NCBI RefSeq assembly: GCF_002113885.1
Contig: NW_018407700.1
Span: 499,373 to 563,372 of the forward strand
Source of the DNA: Mizuhopecten yessoensis
Lineage: Eukaryota
Direction of reading: 5' to 3'
Length of the DNA: 64,000 bases
Every line of letters starts with the position of its first letter. Position 1 is the stretch's first letter. Below, piece after piece: positions 38,501 through 51,477 of this stretch. The position numbers were made by a program, and so were the translations under genes. A model generated the notes under the pieces. It was not told where the DNA came from. It searched no databases and saw only the letters and a list, made by a program, of their open reading frames with translations.

Positions 38501-41031
38501 ACTGATAAAGGTCCACACATAAAACTGATTAAGGTCCACACATAAAACTGATAAAGGTCCACACATAGAGATATTACTGGTATGTAAACTCTGAAGATAA
38601 TGATTTGCTTCACAAATAATGTTGAATAGATAGTTTTCTGAGTAACTAAAACCAGCATGTAATCATAAATGGAAAGTCTTTGAATACACATGCAGTTATC
38701 AGGGGAATACCTCCAGAAAGTGGTATGTAAAGTATTGTGTTTGTATTGTGTAGATTAAGTCTTTATCTTACCTAATTTTGGTTCCAGTAAACTGAAGAGT
38801 ACAAGACTGTGTTTATCTATATGTTGTGCTGACTTCACCTGCAGAAAGAACAGTTTAGATAAAGCCATCCATATTATATACATACTAAAATAATAACACT
38901 ATTACACAGCCTATAAGGGTTAGTTATTTAGAAAATAATACAGGAAGTCATTATAACGGGTGAAAAAACATGAATTAATTAAATTTTTCGCAGTCAGTCT
39001 GCCACTTTTTTTAATTATAATGAGGTTGAGGTCGGTGCATGCCGAGACCCGTGGTGTGATTGGCTGGAAGCGCAGCTATTTTTTCGCTAAACCAACCAAC
39101 ACTGCATGTTTCAGCACGCGCTGACCTCAACCTCATTAATATTAAAAAAGTGGCAAGCTAACTTCAAAAAACTTTGAATGTCTGAAATGGTTTTTTTTTT
39201 TGGAGGAAACAGAGTTCATGTTTGCTTAAGGAGAATACATTTTAAGTGCATCTAGGAGGTTTTTAAAAGAAAACTTATCCATGTTTCCAAAGGTACTAAG
39301 CATTTTCCCACAGATCAACTAGAAATGTTGTTTTTGACGCAAAAAAGTTAGGTAGTGTCGACATTTAGATCTTTCCTCCATTCTCATATATGTGATCATT
39401 GGGGGTGTCATTTATACCGAAAGTTGATCTAAACCCCTAAAAGATGTAAAACTACTCTGAACACCTTAGTTTAGATCAAAATATAGCTGTAACAAATTCT
39501 CAGGTCCCTGTGGCTATAACTAATCACTGTAGCATATTTTTAAAAGTTTGGACAGAAAGCCTTTGCATGATCATTTTAATAGATTCATCCTCTAGTTAAT
39601 CTTGTAATGACAAATCAATTTACCATGTTGAGTGGGAATGAACAAACAGTCTTAAAACTATTTGCATTTTTATTCCCTTAATGCTGACGTTCACCTGTAT
39701 ATGGACTGTCTGACAGAGAAATGTGTCAATTACATGTACATAACCGCCTGCTTCTTTGTTGCAATGGGATAATGATTTATTTCAATGACTGAGAGTTACG
39801 TATTTGTTAAGAGTTAAATTATATTTTTTTACACAATTAAAGTTAACAAATTTAATGCTTCTATGATATTACATTATTTTTATTACCGGTTACTCTTATT
39901 TCATTTATTAACGCATTGACATCTATGTAGTGGGATATTTTCAACTCAATATTCTGGTTTGAACATGAACACAGTGTATGTTAACCGTCTACTTTTCATT
40001 TGTTTCCTGATTCTTTAGTATTTGGAGTCTTACATTCCAGTGGAGCACAGTGTGAGGGAACAGAACCACCGGTCCGATCACTTGGATGCCTGGGCTGACT
40101 TTGAATCCAAGGTTACTGTAGCTAGACACAATGATGGAGTCCTGATCAAGGTCAAACATTGACCTCATCTTACTCATAGCATAATCTGCTCGTTCAAATT
40201 CGCACATGCCTCTCACTGTAGCACTAAAACATGAGACAAAATTGCATTTGATATCATCCAGAAAACAAAATAGGGTGTTTCAATTCCAAGATTCCAGTTC
40301 AACAATGTTTTTTGCATAAGAATAGAAATAGTAACATGCACTTATAAATACCGACAACTCAATAACGTAACTTAATTATGCCCGCTGGTATTTTCAATGA
40401 ATCACAGGTACTAGCCTCGTCTGTCAATTCACCTATACAATCATATTATAGTTGTATTGACAGACGAGGCTAGCCTAGCACCACAGGAGCCTGAAGTTCT
40501 GTCAATAATGAATAATAACATCAATACATTTTTTTTTTACCTATACTATGCATATCCTGTCCCTGACTATGCTTAAAAAAAATAAGCATATTATAGTTTT
40601 TCATTTTTTTGTATTACTGTTATTATTCATTATTGACAGAACTTCAGGCTCCTGTGCTAATACATGTGAATTAATCTGTTTGGTGAAGAATGTATAGTGC
40701 TTCAACAGGGTATTCACCTAGGCCTGCGAACCCCAGATTCCCAGTCCGTCGCTATACCAATATTGGGCAAGGGCACACTTAAGCTTGTATAAAACGTCTC
40801 AACAGCACACATAACTCTTACAATCTTATTTGACATTCAGCAATCCTGGATCGATCTCTGACAAGAATAGAGTACTGTACTATCTAAGTCAATGATTTCT
40901 CCAACTAAATAGAGGATTCGGATTCATGACAGGATCGTATACAAAACAGGTTAGATTGGGGAGAATACTTACCTGCTACGAGGCATTAGCCTCCGACAGA
41001 AGTGCCCCAGTGCTAGGCTCGTTTTCAACAT
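35587..41031 (-). CDS. NDUFAF3: NADH dehydrogenase complex I assembly factor 3 (DUF498/Mth938-like domain), 5 coding exons, ~182 aa
   Basis: Exons (-): 41031-40973, 40223-40034, 38838-38772, 37654-37554, 35718-35587; GT-AG, total 549 nt. Arg-rich presequence-like N-terminus, then SYSNLGFKV...IGPVVLFPHTVLHWNV...LFSLLEPKLDMLVIGKG...GINVEVLPTEQACGLFNMLSIEGRNVAAALIPP. Confidence 0.93.
35690..36778. repeat. 48-bp minisatellite spanning the NDUFAF3 intron 4/exon 5 junction (~22 copies; resumes at 37288-37355)
   Basis: Unit GAGACCACARGCCTGTTCCTGTAACAGATKATAAAATCACATGWTAAA; period 48 (35701 and 35749). Confidence 0.96.
36779..37287 (-). mobile_element. Second, truncated copy of HINE family B inserted in the 48-bp satellite
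   Basis: Near-identical to ~2140-2605, including one 324-bp unit, the GAC microsatellite and the terminal AGGTCAC...GTGACCT palindrome. Confidence 0.9.
37905..38566. repeat. 23-bp minisatellite in NDUFAF3 intron 3 (~28 copies, nearly invariant core)
   Basis: Unit AAAACTGATAAAGGTCCACACAT. Confidence 0.97.
38985..39170. mobile_element. Inverted-repeat MITE-like relic
   Basis: tgccactttttttaattataatgaggttgaggtc ... gacctcaacctcattaatattaaaaaagtggca. Confidence 0.65.
40411..40657. mobile_element. Two adjacent palindromic MITE-like elements (40411-40473 and ~40482-40655) in NDUFAF3 intron 1
   Basis: ctagcctcgtctgtcaat...attgacagacgaggctag; and ~39-bp TIR cacaggagcctgaagttctgtcaataatgaataataaca...tgttattattcattattgacagaacttcaggctcctgtg. 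Confidence 0.75.
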
Positions 41032-42315
41032 GCTCTCTCTCTCTCAATCTGTCCACAGTTTCATAACGGGAGTGATCCCCCTTGGACACAATTAAGTTGG
41101 ACCCGAAGCACGGTAACAAATATCCGAACAGCAAAGTTGCGAACAAGTGGGTTTTTGTAATTTTATTTTATTTTGTGTATGGGAAATTTGTCCATGATCG
41201 GTCTTCATGCATATTTGTGCAATCAAGTTTCCATAAAGAATAAAAGATATTAAGACATGCCACTCAATGCAATCATACAGATATAATATTTATAGGCTAC
41301 AAAAGAAACTGTCGCAGATAGGATTTTAGCCCACACATTTTTTTGATTTCTTTTTTAAAGTAAACATGATTTATTTATCAAAAAGAAACAATTCCTTATA
41401 TCTGAACAATTTTTTTTTTTTTTTTTTTACTCATTTGGCCTACAGGTCGCACTTAAATCATTAGAACACGTAGACATGGAAAGCATATACTTTCTATCAA
41501 TTTGGTTTTGTCATAAACGCGAACGTAGATCACTTGAAAAGCAGGTGCATACGTGAACAACCAATTTATGTCTATAGTGTTAATCAAAATGTCACTGTCA
41601 CGAACAAATGTGAATAATATGATAGTTTAAAATAATTGTTTCGTTGAATTTTGCTTTAGATGTCGGCTGAATCGGGATACGAAAATGAAAATGGCCCTTC
41701 CCCACTTCATGATTTTTTTTCTCCATTTCACTTAAAATCAGTAACATGCAAGTATATTTGTGTGGAATTGGCAAATATTTTTCTCTCTGATGTGTATTGA
41801 AATATATAAAACAGTGTACCGGTCTGAGGCATTAATTGCCTACTCCGTTCAACAACAATTAAAATATATTTTTTACAACATCTTTATAAATAAGTAAACA
41901 GATTCCCCAAACCCAAGCACAAACAAATATTGCTTCATATTAATCTATGCACATTTTTTCAGAAAAGAAACAGGTTTCCAAATATACGTGAAATTCAAAA
42001 GATGCTCTAGTTAGTGATATTCAATTCAACTAGGCTTCACAACATTGGTTTTGAGACGAAACCGAAGTACTCGGATAAAACCCACGTGGTCACTTTATTT
42101 TTGATTTTTGCAGCAGATATTAATTGATTGATGCCCTACACCATTCATTTTGTTGCAAGAATTGTCGTGGCTTCAAGTTTAGGTCTACTCATTCAGGCAT
42201 TGTCTACAACATGCTTACTTTAATGAAACTGAATTTCACAAAAGTTGTTGACTATATGTGAATGCAAACACTGTGGAAGTTCACCTGTTGTCAGTGTAAT
42301 GTGACGGTGGAGTGT

Positions 42316-42390
42316 CAATCGCAACTTCTCGGCCAATTCCGGCTAGGCGCGGAATATGCCTAGCCGGAATTGGCCGAGAAGTTGCGATTG
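42316..42390. mobile_element. 75-bp perfect hairpin MITE with 10-bp TSD (GGTGGAGTGT)
   Basis: 33-bp perfect arms CAATCGCAACTTCTCGGCCAATTCCGGCTAGGC, 9-nt loop; direct repeats at 42306-42315 and 42391-42400. Confidence 0.88.
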
Positions 42391-43544
42391 GGTGGAGTGT
42401 CACACTAACATCCTGTAATTAATGACGTCGTTTCCAGTGAGCTGGCTCTTTAAAGTTACATGTACTGTTAAACCACAAACAAAAGTAGATACTAAAAAAT
42501 ACTTTGAGTGTGCACAACACATATACATACTGTCTTCTCTCCTGAAGGACATGTACAGTAATTTGATGATATACAATCTAAATGTTATATTATGTTTGTA
42601 ATTCATTAGGTGACCATTATTCGACGGCATTATAGGCCCTTGAGTCACTAAAATATTTCAAAGAGTAAGAATTCAAAAAAAAAAATGTGATTTATAACAA
42701 CAATTTTGTGCCAAAATGGTAATAACTTCTATGTTAAATGTTCAGAGGGGAAGAAACTGAAAAAGAGTTTAATATGATTCTACTTCAGAGATCCTTCCAT
42801 TTGACAATGACAATATACCATGGAAGTATTTAAAACCTAAATGAAAAGTTTAAAGAAAGGTTCATGGTTAAAAAAAGGAAGATACGTTGGTATATATTGC
42901 TATATAGCAGGTAGGTTATTTCAGCTAATATTACTACATTTTTGTTTTACCTTTTTTAAGTTTTTGTAGTTACAAAAATGTATGGTGTTCAGCAGGCACG
43001 GGTACCGTTAGCATTATTCATTGTGTATTTTCCCCTGGTAAGAATGTTCTCTGCGGATACATTAACATTTAATTTTTAACAATCATCAATAGTATCGTAT
43101 CAAAGCAGACCTACATGTAGCCTTATACACTTTACCTTGTTAACTCATTAACTCCAGAAACTATCAAAAACTACGATTCAGTGAAACAAATGATAAAAAA
43201 TGCATTACTTCCCAAACACCATTTGTTGTTATACCCGGGTAAGTATACGAAATATAACTGATATGTGATTTCCATAATATCTTATTAGCATTATATAAAA
43301 ATAAGAACGGCTAATTCCTTTTTTTTTCAAAAATTATTTCTGATTCTTTGAGAATTATATGTTGACAGAGGGTAATGGAAATAAACATGATATTTTCCAA
43401 ATTCTCAGTCACCTTTTCATATTTTTTTTATGGGGATACTAAACATATTTTAAAACGCTTGTACTTGAGGTTTTAGTTACAATTTCTGAATTGAATATTA
43501 ATTGATTAACAAAATACCCGTTTGCCAAGCCTTTAAGCCCACCA

Positions 43545-43950
43545 TCATCAGATGAATCGGATAAATAAAATGTCCAACAGGCGGCCATCTTGGATTTTGA
43601 CTGAATGTTTGTTATCGCTATTTTTCAGGAAGTACTGGAGGGATCTTTCTCAAATTTAATATGTAGGTTTCCCTCGGTCTTTTGTTGTGCATGTCTCAAT
43701 CTGATTAAAATAATATCATACGTTCTCTACTTGATACGTAGAGAACGTAGGATATGATTTTAATCAGATTGTGCATGTCTGCTTTTGAGACTGATCGGAT
43801 AAACAAAATGGTTGACTTGCAGCCATCTTGGATTTTACAGTTAAGGTTTGTTATTGCTCAGGAAGTACTGAATGGATCTTCTCAAATTTGATATCTAGGT
43901 TTTCTCTTGGTCCTTAGTTGTGCATGTTTCAATTTGAGAGTGATCATACA
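43545..43950. repeat. Diverged ~160-bp core repeats of a HINE-like element, interrupted by a 75-bp hairpin
   Basis: atcggataaa.aaaatg...gccatcttggatttt...caggaagtactg...gatctt.ctcaaattt occurs twice. Confidence 0.65.
43697..43771. mobile_element. 75-bp hairpin MITE with 9-bp TSD (TGCATGTCT)
   Basis: 34-bp arms with 2 mismatches, starting CAATCTGATTAAAAT; 7-nt loop; direct repeats at 43688-43696 and 43772-43780. Confidence 0.85.
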
Positions 43951-44189
43951 AAACAAGACGTATACTGTACTAGTAAATATGTGAAACAAGAAACTCACTT
44001 TGAAGGTGTAGTAATTTACATGTATATACAGCAGTATGAAGTTTAGATCAAAAGTTACCTCAAGGTGCATTGACTGTTTACATGCCTCATTCAACAATTG
44101 AGAGAAGAGAATGGAAAAGATAGAACTGGCATACAGGTAGTACTTATGAAGCGTGGTTCATTTAGGTTTAATATATCCGTGTTAAGGAA

Positions 44190-46645
44190 ATGGATACATG
44201 TAAATACTCTCAGTAAACCAGGTATCAGCTGCCATTAAAAAATAAAACAATATCGTATAAACTCGTATAATCCCTGTACGAGGACCTTGGCAAGTCTTCA
44301 GCACCTTGGCATTGCACAAAATGCCAAAGGCCAAACTTCTCGCAAGTACCATATGACAGGAATTGCAGTTCATTCAGCCAGTGTGAGTCATCGGTTATTT
44401 AAAACTCTATTCTGGGCTCTATAGGTAGTCCAACTGCTAGGTCATCCCCAAAGCGACCAGATACTAACCAATCCAACAAAGATGCGAACAACAAAAGCCC
44501 AGGCAACCGCTCACTCGTGATCAATTTTCAGTCAATAAGGAACAAGGCAAATGAACTTGAAGTTCTGTTAGACACAACAAACCCTGATATAGTCTTTGGA
44601 ACCGAAACATAATTGATATTGGAGACTTTTCATCGGAAATCTTCCCAGATTCATATACCGTGTATCGTAGAGACAGAGGATCTGATAATCATGGAGGTGT
44701 CTTGATAACTACACAGGGGGAAATCTACAGAATCCATTTGTGTTAAGATCAATTTACCAAACAAAACCCCCTTAATCGCCAGTTCATTTTACAGACCACC
44801 ACAAACTGACGACACATATTTGGAGGATATATAACATCATGGAGTTATCCGAACTTCGGAAAGCTCATCAAAATGCATTCTTCTACATCGGTGGAAATTT
44901 CAACCTTCCAGATATAGACTGGAAACCACCACAGTAAAGGGTAAAAACTATTTGACCAAACTTAACGAGGGAATCATCGCTATAAGCGACGATCTTAGCC
45001 TTGCTCAGTTAGTAGAGTTTAGTAATCGTTCTTTGTGACTCTAACTTAAAACCACTGAGACCTACAAAAGAAAAGAACATGTACCAACAAAACAGACATC
45101 TAGTAACGTCTCCTGACGACTGGAGGGACGCGGCCATTGCTCCCATCTTTAAGAAGAGGACAGACATCAAGCAGCAAATTATAGACCCGTCTCTCTCACA
45201 TCGGTTACCTGCAAGGTGTTAGAACACATAATCCATAGCCAGATAATGGATCACTATGACCGACTTGGGATACTTGCAGACCAACAACACGGATTCAGAA
45301 CAAGACGATCCTGTGAATCCCAACTTATAATCACAGTAACCAGCACAGCCAAGACCATCGCTAAGGGGGAGCAAGTAGAAATCATCTTACTTGACTTCTC
45401 CAAAGCTTTTGACAAAGTACCTCATCGGAGACTGTTACACAAATTAAATTATCGTGGGGTACGAGGAACCACACATCATTGGATCCAGTATTTCCTATCT
45501 GGGAGAACTCAGCACGTCAATCTGGAGGGAATTGCATCCACCCATGTTGATGTTATATCCGGCGTCCCCCAAGGAACAGTCCTCGGGACGCTGCTGTTCC
45601 TGACCTATATATTAATGACTTGCCTGAGTACACGAAATCAGAGGCACGTCTCTTCGCAGATGATTGCTTGCTATACAAGAGAATCTCCAACAAGTCAGAT
45701 GCAGCATCTCTACAAGAGGATTTGTCATCATTACAGACTTGGGAGCAGCAGTGTCAGATGGAGATCCACCCCCAAAAGTGAACAGTCATCCACGTCACCA
45801 GCAAGAGGCATCCCATCAAACACAATTACAAACTTCATGGCCACATACCTCGAGTCGGTGAGCAGCGCAAAGTACCTCGGTGTCACTATTAACCATCAGC
45901 TGAAGTGGGGAGAGTATATAAGCAACATCAGGACCAAGGCCAATACGACCCTAGGCTTTATACAGAGGAACCTGCGTCAGTGCAAACCTCAAGTGAAAAC
46001 AGTAGCCTACCAAGCCATGGTCAGGCCCACCATTAAATATGAAGTCAGTACCGTATGGGACCCCCATCATCAGAACCAGATGGGACAACTCGAGGGAATA
46101 CAAAGGAGAGCTGCGAGATTCGTCACCAGGGACTATAAGACTAGATCCCCAGGATGCGTGACCAAACTGATACACCAACTTCAGTGGGAAACCCTCGAGG
46201 AACGCCGCAGAACATCCAGGCTGATCATGTTTTTCAAGATCGTGCATGATCTCATTAACATCAATGCTTATAAACAACTAACACCAGGGGACAGCAGAAC
46301 GAGGGGAGCATTGGAATTCCAAGGACCATCAACAGGCAGATATGTATACAAATAGTCATTCTACCCAAGAACCATCGGTGACTGGAACAGGCTACCACCA
46401 TCAGCCAGGGAGGCCACTACCATTGAGACCTTCCGCATGCAGCTGAACTCTATCCAAGCTGCATGCCCCAGTAGGCAGTAGAGGGATTTTTTTTATTCTA
46501 TCACGGACTTAGATAACAATCTAATTCCGTGATTCTATTAATTGTAAATAACGCCTTAAAGTTTTTTTAGCCGCCTTGAGCTGCGCCAGTGCTAAATTTA
46601 CCCTCAGGGATGAGGCCAGCACTTCACTAGGAAGAAGAAGAAGAA
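44190..46645 (+). mobile_element. Decayed CR1-group non-LTR retrotransposon (AP endonuclease + RT), internally deleted and frameshifted
   Basis: EN motifs INFQSIRNK, PDIVFGTET, YRRDR..HGGV, FYRPP, GNFNLPDIDW (~44520-44925); RT motifs NYRPVSLTS, QHGFR, DFSKAFDKVPH, SGVPQGTVLG, FADDCLLY (shifted frame), KYLGV; (GAA)5 tail at 46631-46645; possible Cys-rich ORF1 remnant (WHCTKC) near 44305. Confidence 0.92.
46502..46531. mobile_element. 30-bp hairpin micro-element with 7-bp TSD (ATTCTAT), inside the LINE 3' UTR
   Basis: attctat[CACGGACTTAGATaacaATCTAATTCCGTG]attctat. Confidence 0.8.
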
Positions 46646-46864
46646 TAAAACTTACAAAAGGTGACGCCGGTATCGCTTAGAATATCATAACAATACATGT
46701 ATGTCATTTCATGTTTATTTGGACCCATGTTGTCATAATATGATGCATCAAAAAGCCATCGTAGGACATTTTGCAACTGCATTGTCCTTTGATCTACTGT
46801 ATATATAACTTGAATGGCAGAATGTTATAAATTTAAGTACATGCCTGTTCTAACCCCAATTCAT

Positions 46865-47205
46865 TTGGTTTGGATTGGATTTATTGTTTAACGTCCTATT
46901 AACAGCTAAGATCATTTTAGGACGTGCCTCTATGTGTGTATGTGTGCTGGAGACAGGATATGTGCTTCCTTGTGATATAGCGTGGGTCTCATACCGACTG
47001 TATCGTGCAATCTCACTGAAATAACATGGCGAAGGCACACAGCACAGCAACCCGCCCGGTCACACTATACCGACAACGGATGAACCAGTTGTTGCCATTG
47101 CACTAAACGCTGAACGTTAAGCAGGGAAATAACAACTACCATTTTTTAGGACTTTTGTATGTCCCGGCATTGGTACAGAACCCATTGCCTCCTCACCTGG
47201 GCGAA
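46865..47205 (-). mobile_element. Decayed tRNA-derived SINE with a conserved central domain
   Basis: (TTTGG)-like tail + tgtttaacgtcctattaacagc; cccgcccggtcacactataccgacaacgg; actaccattttttaggactttt.gtatgtcccggc...gaaccc, the layout of widespread molluscan SINEs (family assignment from memory, unverified). Confidence 0.65.
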
Positions 47206-48554
47206 CGTTCAACATTAAAACCAAAAGTGAGGTATTGCCAAGCCAGGAAATAAAAGGTAGTCAGAAGTAGAAAGAAATATAAAGATCCTAAATATTGGTC
47301 GCTTTCGTCTTCAAGTAGAGGGCTCAAAAGCAAATCCCCAATATTCTGCAGGGGGTTCCCCACATCAGTCGCCTCTTACGATACATGCCGTGGGTAACAG
47401 CAGATTTATTCTTTTCTCGCTCCCCGACCTGCAGGGCTGATTTGTGTCATCTTTATACACTACAATATAAACTATAAACAACGACACCTTTGTTCCACAT
47501 GTTTATTATATGTTCAATACAACCAATGCACTGATAAGGATGTTAACATGACAATATAGTTCTAAATCTGAACCTCAAAACAGTCTTTATGTAGCGTATT
47601 AAATTGTTCTCTTCTCTCTCTCCATAATAATGACTACAACATTATATCAACCACATTTAAAGTATGTAAAACATCAACATTAAGCAGTCACATAAAATAT
47701 GCGTCTCAGATTTTAGCAAAATGGAAATTGATACAAACATCAGTAGGTAATTATCCATAGGCACTGTACACAGTTAGTTCTCTCCCATCACATGGACAAC
47801 ATTTACAAGCCAAAATACAACAGTACTCTAAGAATACAGTATTTGAAATGACATAACTACATAAATGACAAGAACTGTCCATCTTCAAGAGCTTTATACA
47901 GACACTTAATGATCTAATCTATAATTAATTTGTTTGCCTTCCAGGATCCAGGGAAGACTGAGATGATTGACACTTATATATGTATATGTCTATATGAGTT
48001 CATTTTTTTATCATAGTACATACATGTATGCAAAGCTAATATCACTTTACCATATTCTGATATAAAGGTTATCTTAATTAATCATAAATGTTTCTGAACA
48101 ACAAACCTTTTGTATTGACAATATAACCATGCCTTAATTCTTGTACATATGTAAGAGGGTAATATTTTAATTTACAATGTCAGCAATAAAAACAAGAACG
48201 GTTTGGTAGTGATTCACTTAAGCATTAAATCAAAAATCTGAAAATGGATGTCATTGTCAATTTCTTTTGTTCTAGTACATGTAGCTCTTATTTCTGTGCA
48301 AGTAAAAGAATATGCTTTTGCTTTCACAATAATCCATTTGGATGTAAATAAACAAAGGATGCAAAATTATGCAAGTAATAGAAGTATCTATATTGTGAGA
48401 GTAAAGAAAATATTGTAAAGAAAATTAAAAACAATTGAGATATATCTTCCCTGAATATTTGCTTTTTATTCCATCCTCCATAGAAAGTATAACAATTATT
48501 TGTAAAATTGGACAAGAAGAAATAATTTATATCTATGAAATTGTGTGCTCTTTG

Positions 48555-48672
48555 TACGAAAGCCTATTAGTGTCATTTTGAATAGCATTTTTTTTTTATC
48601 TCGTTAAAACGCAATAATTATGGCCTATAGAGATAAATAACGCTTTCCAAATGACACCAATAGGCTTTCGTA
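48555..48672. mobile_element. ~118-bp palindromic MITE-like element
   Basis: tacgaaagcctattagtgtcattt ... aaatgacaccaataggctttcgta. Confidence 0.65.
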
Positions 48673-49397
48673 TCTTGGTAATGATTTTACATCAATATAA
48701 AAGATGCATGTATTTTAGATCAAGTTACAACACAATTGCTTGATATTGATTCATCAGCGTGTTCTTGTACAGATTTTGATTTTTTTCAGATGAATACATG
48801 TTGTAAATTACCAACTACATTAAGTTGTTTAGTACTTGATATGTTAATCATGAAACAAATTTTTATTTACCTAATATTTATAATAAGTAGTTTTGTGTCT
48901 ACTTCATTAAAGTTTACAATAATAATGAAAAAAAGGTTCATGTAATATTTAAAGGTATACAGACGTCAAAAAGAACTAGGTCAAAAATTGTAACTTTTAG
49001 AGCTAATGAGAAGTAAATCTAAGGGTTCCTAAAGAAATGTGACATTTAACAATAAAAAAATGAACAGTATGATATGCACATACACTGAGAAATGAATACA
49101 TACAGCATTGAGTGAGAATACGATTGTATATAAATGAACGAACACAAGGTACATACATGTAGGCACTTTCACAAAGTTTGCTGAGATGTTAATTATTTGA
49201 AATATGAATGCAGCACAATTACCCCCATAAGAATGCAGGCAACACTCATTAATGCTAGATAAAGACGATGAATCAGAAAATATATTATTTTAATGATAGA
49301 ATGTTTCCATAATAAATAAAGAGTATATATTTCATAATGCAAGGTGGGACAGGAATATCAGTAGAGGTCACATATAAATCTTCTCTTCCTGCTCTTC

Positions 49398-51477
49398 TCA
49401 GTCCATGTTCCACTGAAAAGAGAAAAACCCATGAACAATTTTGAAGAAATATTACATGTTTTTATTGACATTTAGATAAGAATTGTCCTGATACCTATTA
49501 CTCTGTAGAAGACTGTAAGGACTATGGCAGACTACAACCTGTAATGAGAGATTGGAGATCAAAAGAAGAAACATCACATGTCCTGAGAGATCATCTGAAG
49601 AAACATCATATGTCCTGAGAGATCATCTGAAGAAACATCACATGTCCTGAGAGATCATCTGAAGAAACATCACATGCCCTGAGAGATCATCTAAAAACCA
49701 TCACATGCCCTGAGAGATCATCTAATAAGAGTCCTGTATCGCTCAACTGGATAATAAAGCAACCATGGTAAATTATTCTTATTACATAAAATCCCTCCAA
49801 TGGTACAGAAGAAGAAAGATTTAAAAGATTTAAACCTCGAATTTCCCTATTGGGCCCTGCAACTCTAAGCACCCAGAGGGTCCTCACCCTTCCTTTATAC
49901 AAAACTGAGTCCCCTTGGCCCAAGAATGCCCCAGACAAATTATGGATGAAATCCCTTAATCCCTATTGAAGCAGAAGGATTTCAAAGGTTTTTACCTCTA
50001 TTTCCTCTATTGGGCCCCACCCCTCTGCCACAAGGAGGGCCACACCTACCGTTTATACAAAATTGAGTCCCCTTGGCCAAAAGATGCTCCGACCAAATTA
50101 GGATAAAATCCCTTTATCCCTACAGTAGAAGATGGATTTTCAATACAATTCCAAAGTATTTTATTGACAAAACATCTATAATACAAATAGATAAGTTGTA
50201 TACATTAAAGAAGATGTTAGAACAGTATTGACAAAAGAATCAGACAACAGGCTATGCCTATATCAGTCTTCTTCTAATCTAGCTTAAACCTAAATCCATG
50301 GCAATGAAAACACTTGATAAATTAAGTTAGTTGTTTTAAATTTAAATCCTTCCAATAACAACTCGTATTCGACAATATTTCAAGAAAATTCTCACAGAAT
50401 TTAATGAGATAACATACTTTAAGATTTCCATTTCCTCCTCCTCCCATTCTGGCTCTTTTATTCTCCTCTTCCTCAAGTCTTTGTTGAGCTTCTTGTTTCC
50501 GCTTGACTGATGCAGGGTCCTTGATTCCTCGGTTGGCTGCATTACCTTGTCTTTTCAAGGCTGCATCTGCCATCTGCTGACGTCTTAATTCCTTAATTAA
50601 CAACATCAATATTCATCAAATGTATTTATCATATGATCTATATAAAATTTCAATATGCAACATACACACTGATTGTGAATTGTTGGAGACTATGTCAGTA
50701 TGTGTAAAATTGATACATGTATATTTCCATCAGATACTTCTGGGGTATATGTGATCATGCACCTTTTAACTCACCGTTGTCGACATCAAACCAGTAATCT
50801 ACGACTACTATTGATTTGTTAATGTAGTAGGACGAGAAATAGTGATGAAGATAGTGCGGTCGCTGGGGCTCGAACCCATGACCCTTGGCTCTCCAGCCTG
50901 ATGCTCTACCGCTATTTATTTAATTAGCTTCAGAAGGGAAATTCCATACAGCTGATGACGCTTGTAAGGCAACCTAATTAATCCACATCTTTTACATTAA
51001 TACAGCATTAATTCCTGCTCTAATTGCATGGCCCTTACCATACATGTTTTTCTATATACACATAAATGGGCCAAATGGCATTGCCATATCATTTTTTTAT
51101 CATCATTATTTACATTTCATGTATTTCCACATTTTTTCACTCAATTTATATTTGTTTTGCTGCATATATCTGCCTATGAAATACATGCGTCTGTGTTATA
51201 ATTGGTTAAAGAATAATCCATCAAACAATTGAAATAATGCCTTAACATTTGGCAAAATAAATGGGAAGTGATCCAATGATGATAAACTGAAATGACAAAA
51301 AGAAGGCTGACTTTAGTCAAACAGAAAGTAGAACACATGAAATTTCAGCCGAGATATTTTCTAATTTACAACGGGACACCATGCGCAAAACGCTGATTAT
51401 GTGACACTTACACGTGTCTCATCATCATCGCTTGAAGATTCGGGTCCTCCTTCGAAGCACGAATAGCAAATGCCCAT
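49398..51477 (-). CDS. SVIP: Small VCP/p97-interacting protein, 3 coding exons, ~84 aa
   Basis: Exons (-): 51477-51412, 50591-50418, 49412-49398; total 255 nt. MGICYSCF N-terminus (myristoylation Gly plus Cys), VIM motif RQQMADAALKR (R-x5-AA-x2-R), RGIKDP, C-terminal LKWNMD*. Confidence 0.92.
49555..49725. repeat. 32-bp tandem repeat (~5 copies) in SVIP intron 2
   Basis: Unit GAGATCATCTGAAGAAACATCACATGTCCTGA. Confidence 0.9.
49785..50140. repeat. Two diverged ~158-bp core repeats related to HINE family B-type units
   Basis: ctattgggccc...tttatacaaaa.tgagtccccttggcc...caaatta.ggat.aaatccctt repeated. Confidence 0.7.

Noticed and set aside
35688-38691. Hydrophobic repetitive ORFs of 193-286 aa
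   Set aside because: Derived from the 48-bp and 23-bp satellites in NDUFAF3 introns.
45216-46355. 379-aa ORF as an intact reverse transcriptase
   Set aside because: It leaves the RT frame near 45610 (the FADD catalytic motif is in another frame) and returns near 45855; the endonuclease region has stops and the EN-RT linker is deleted.
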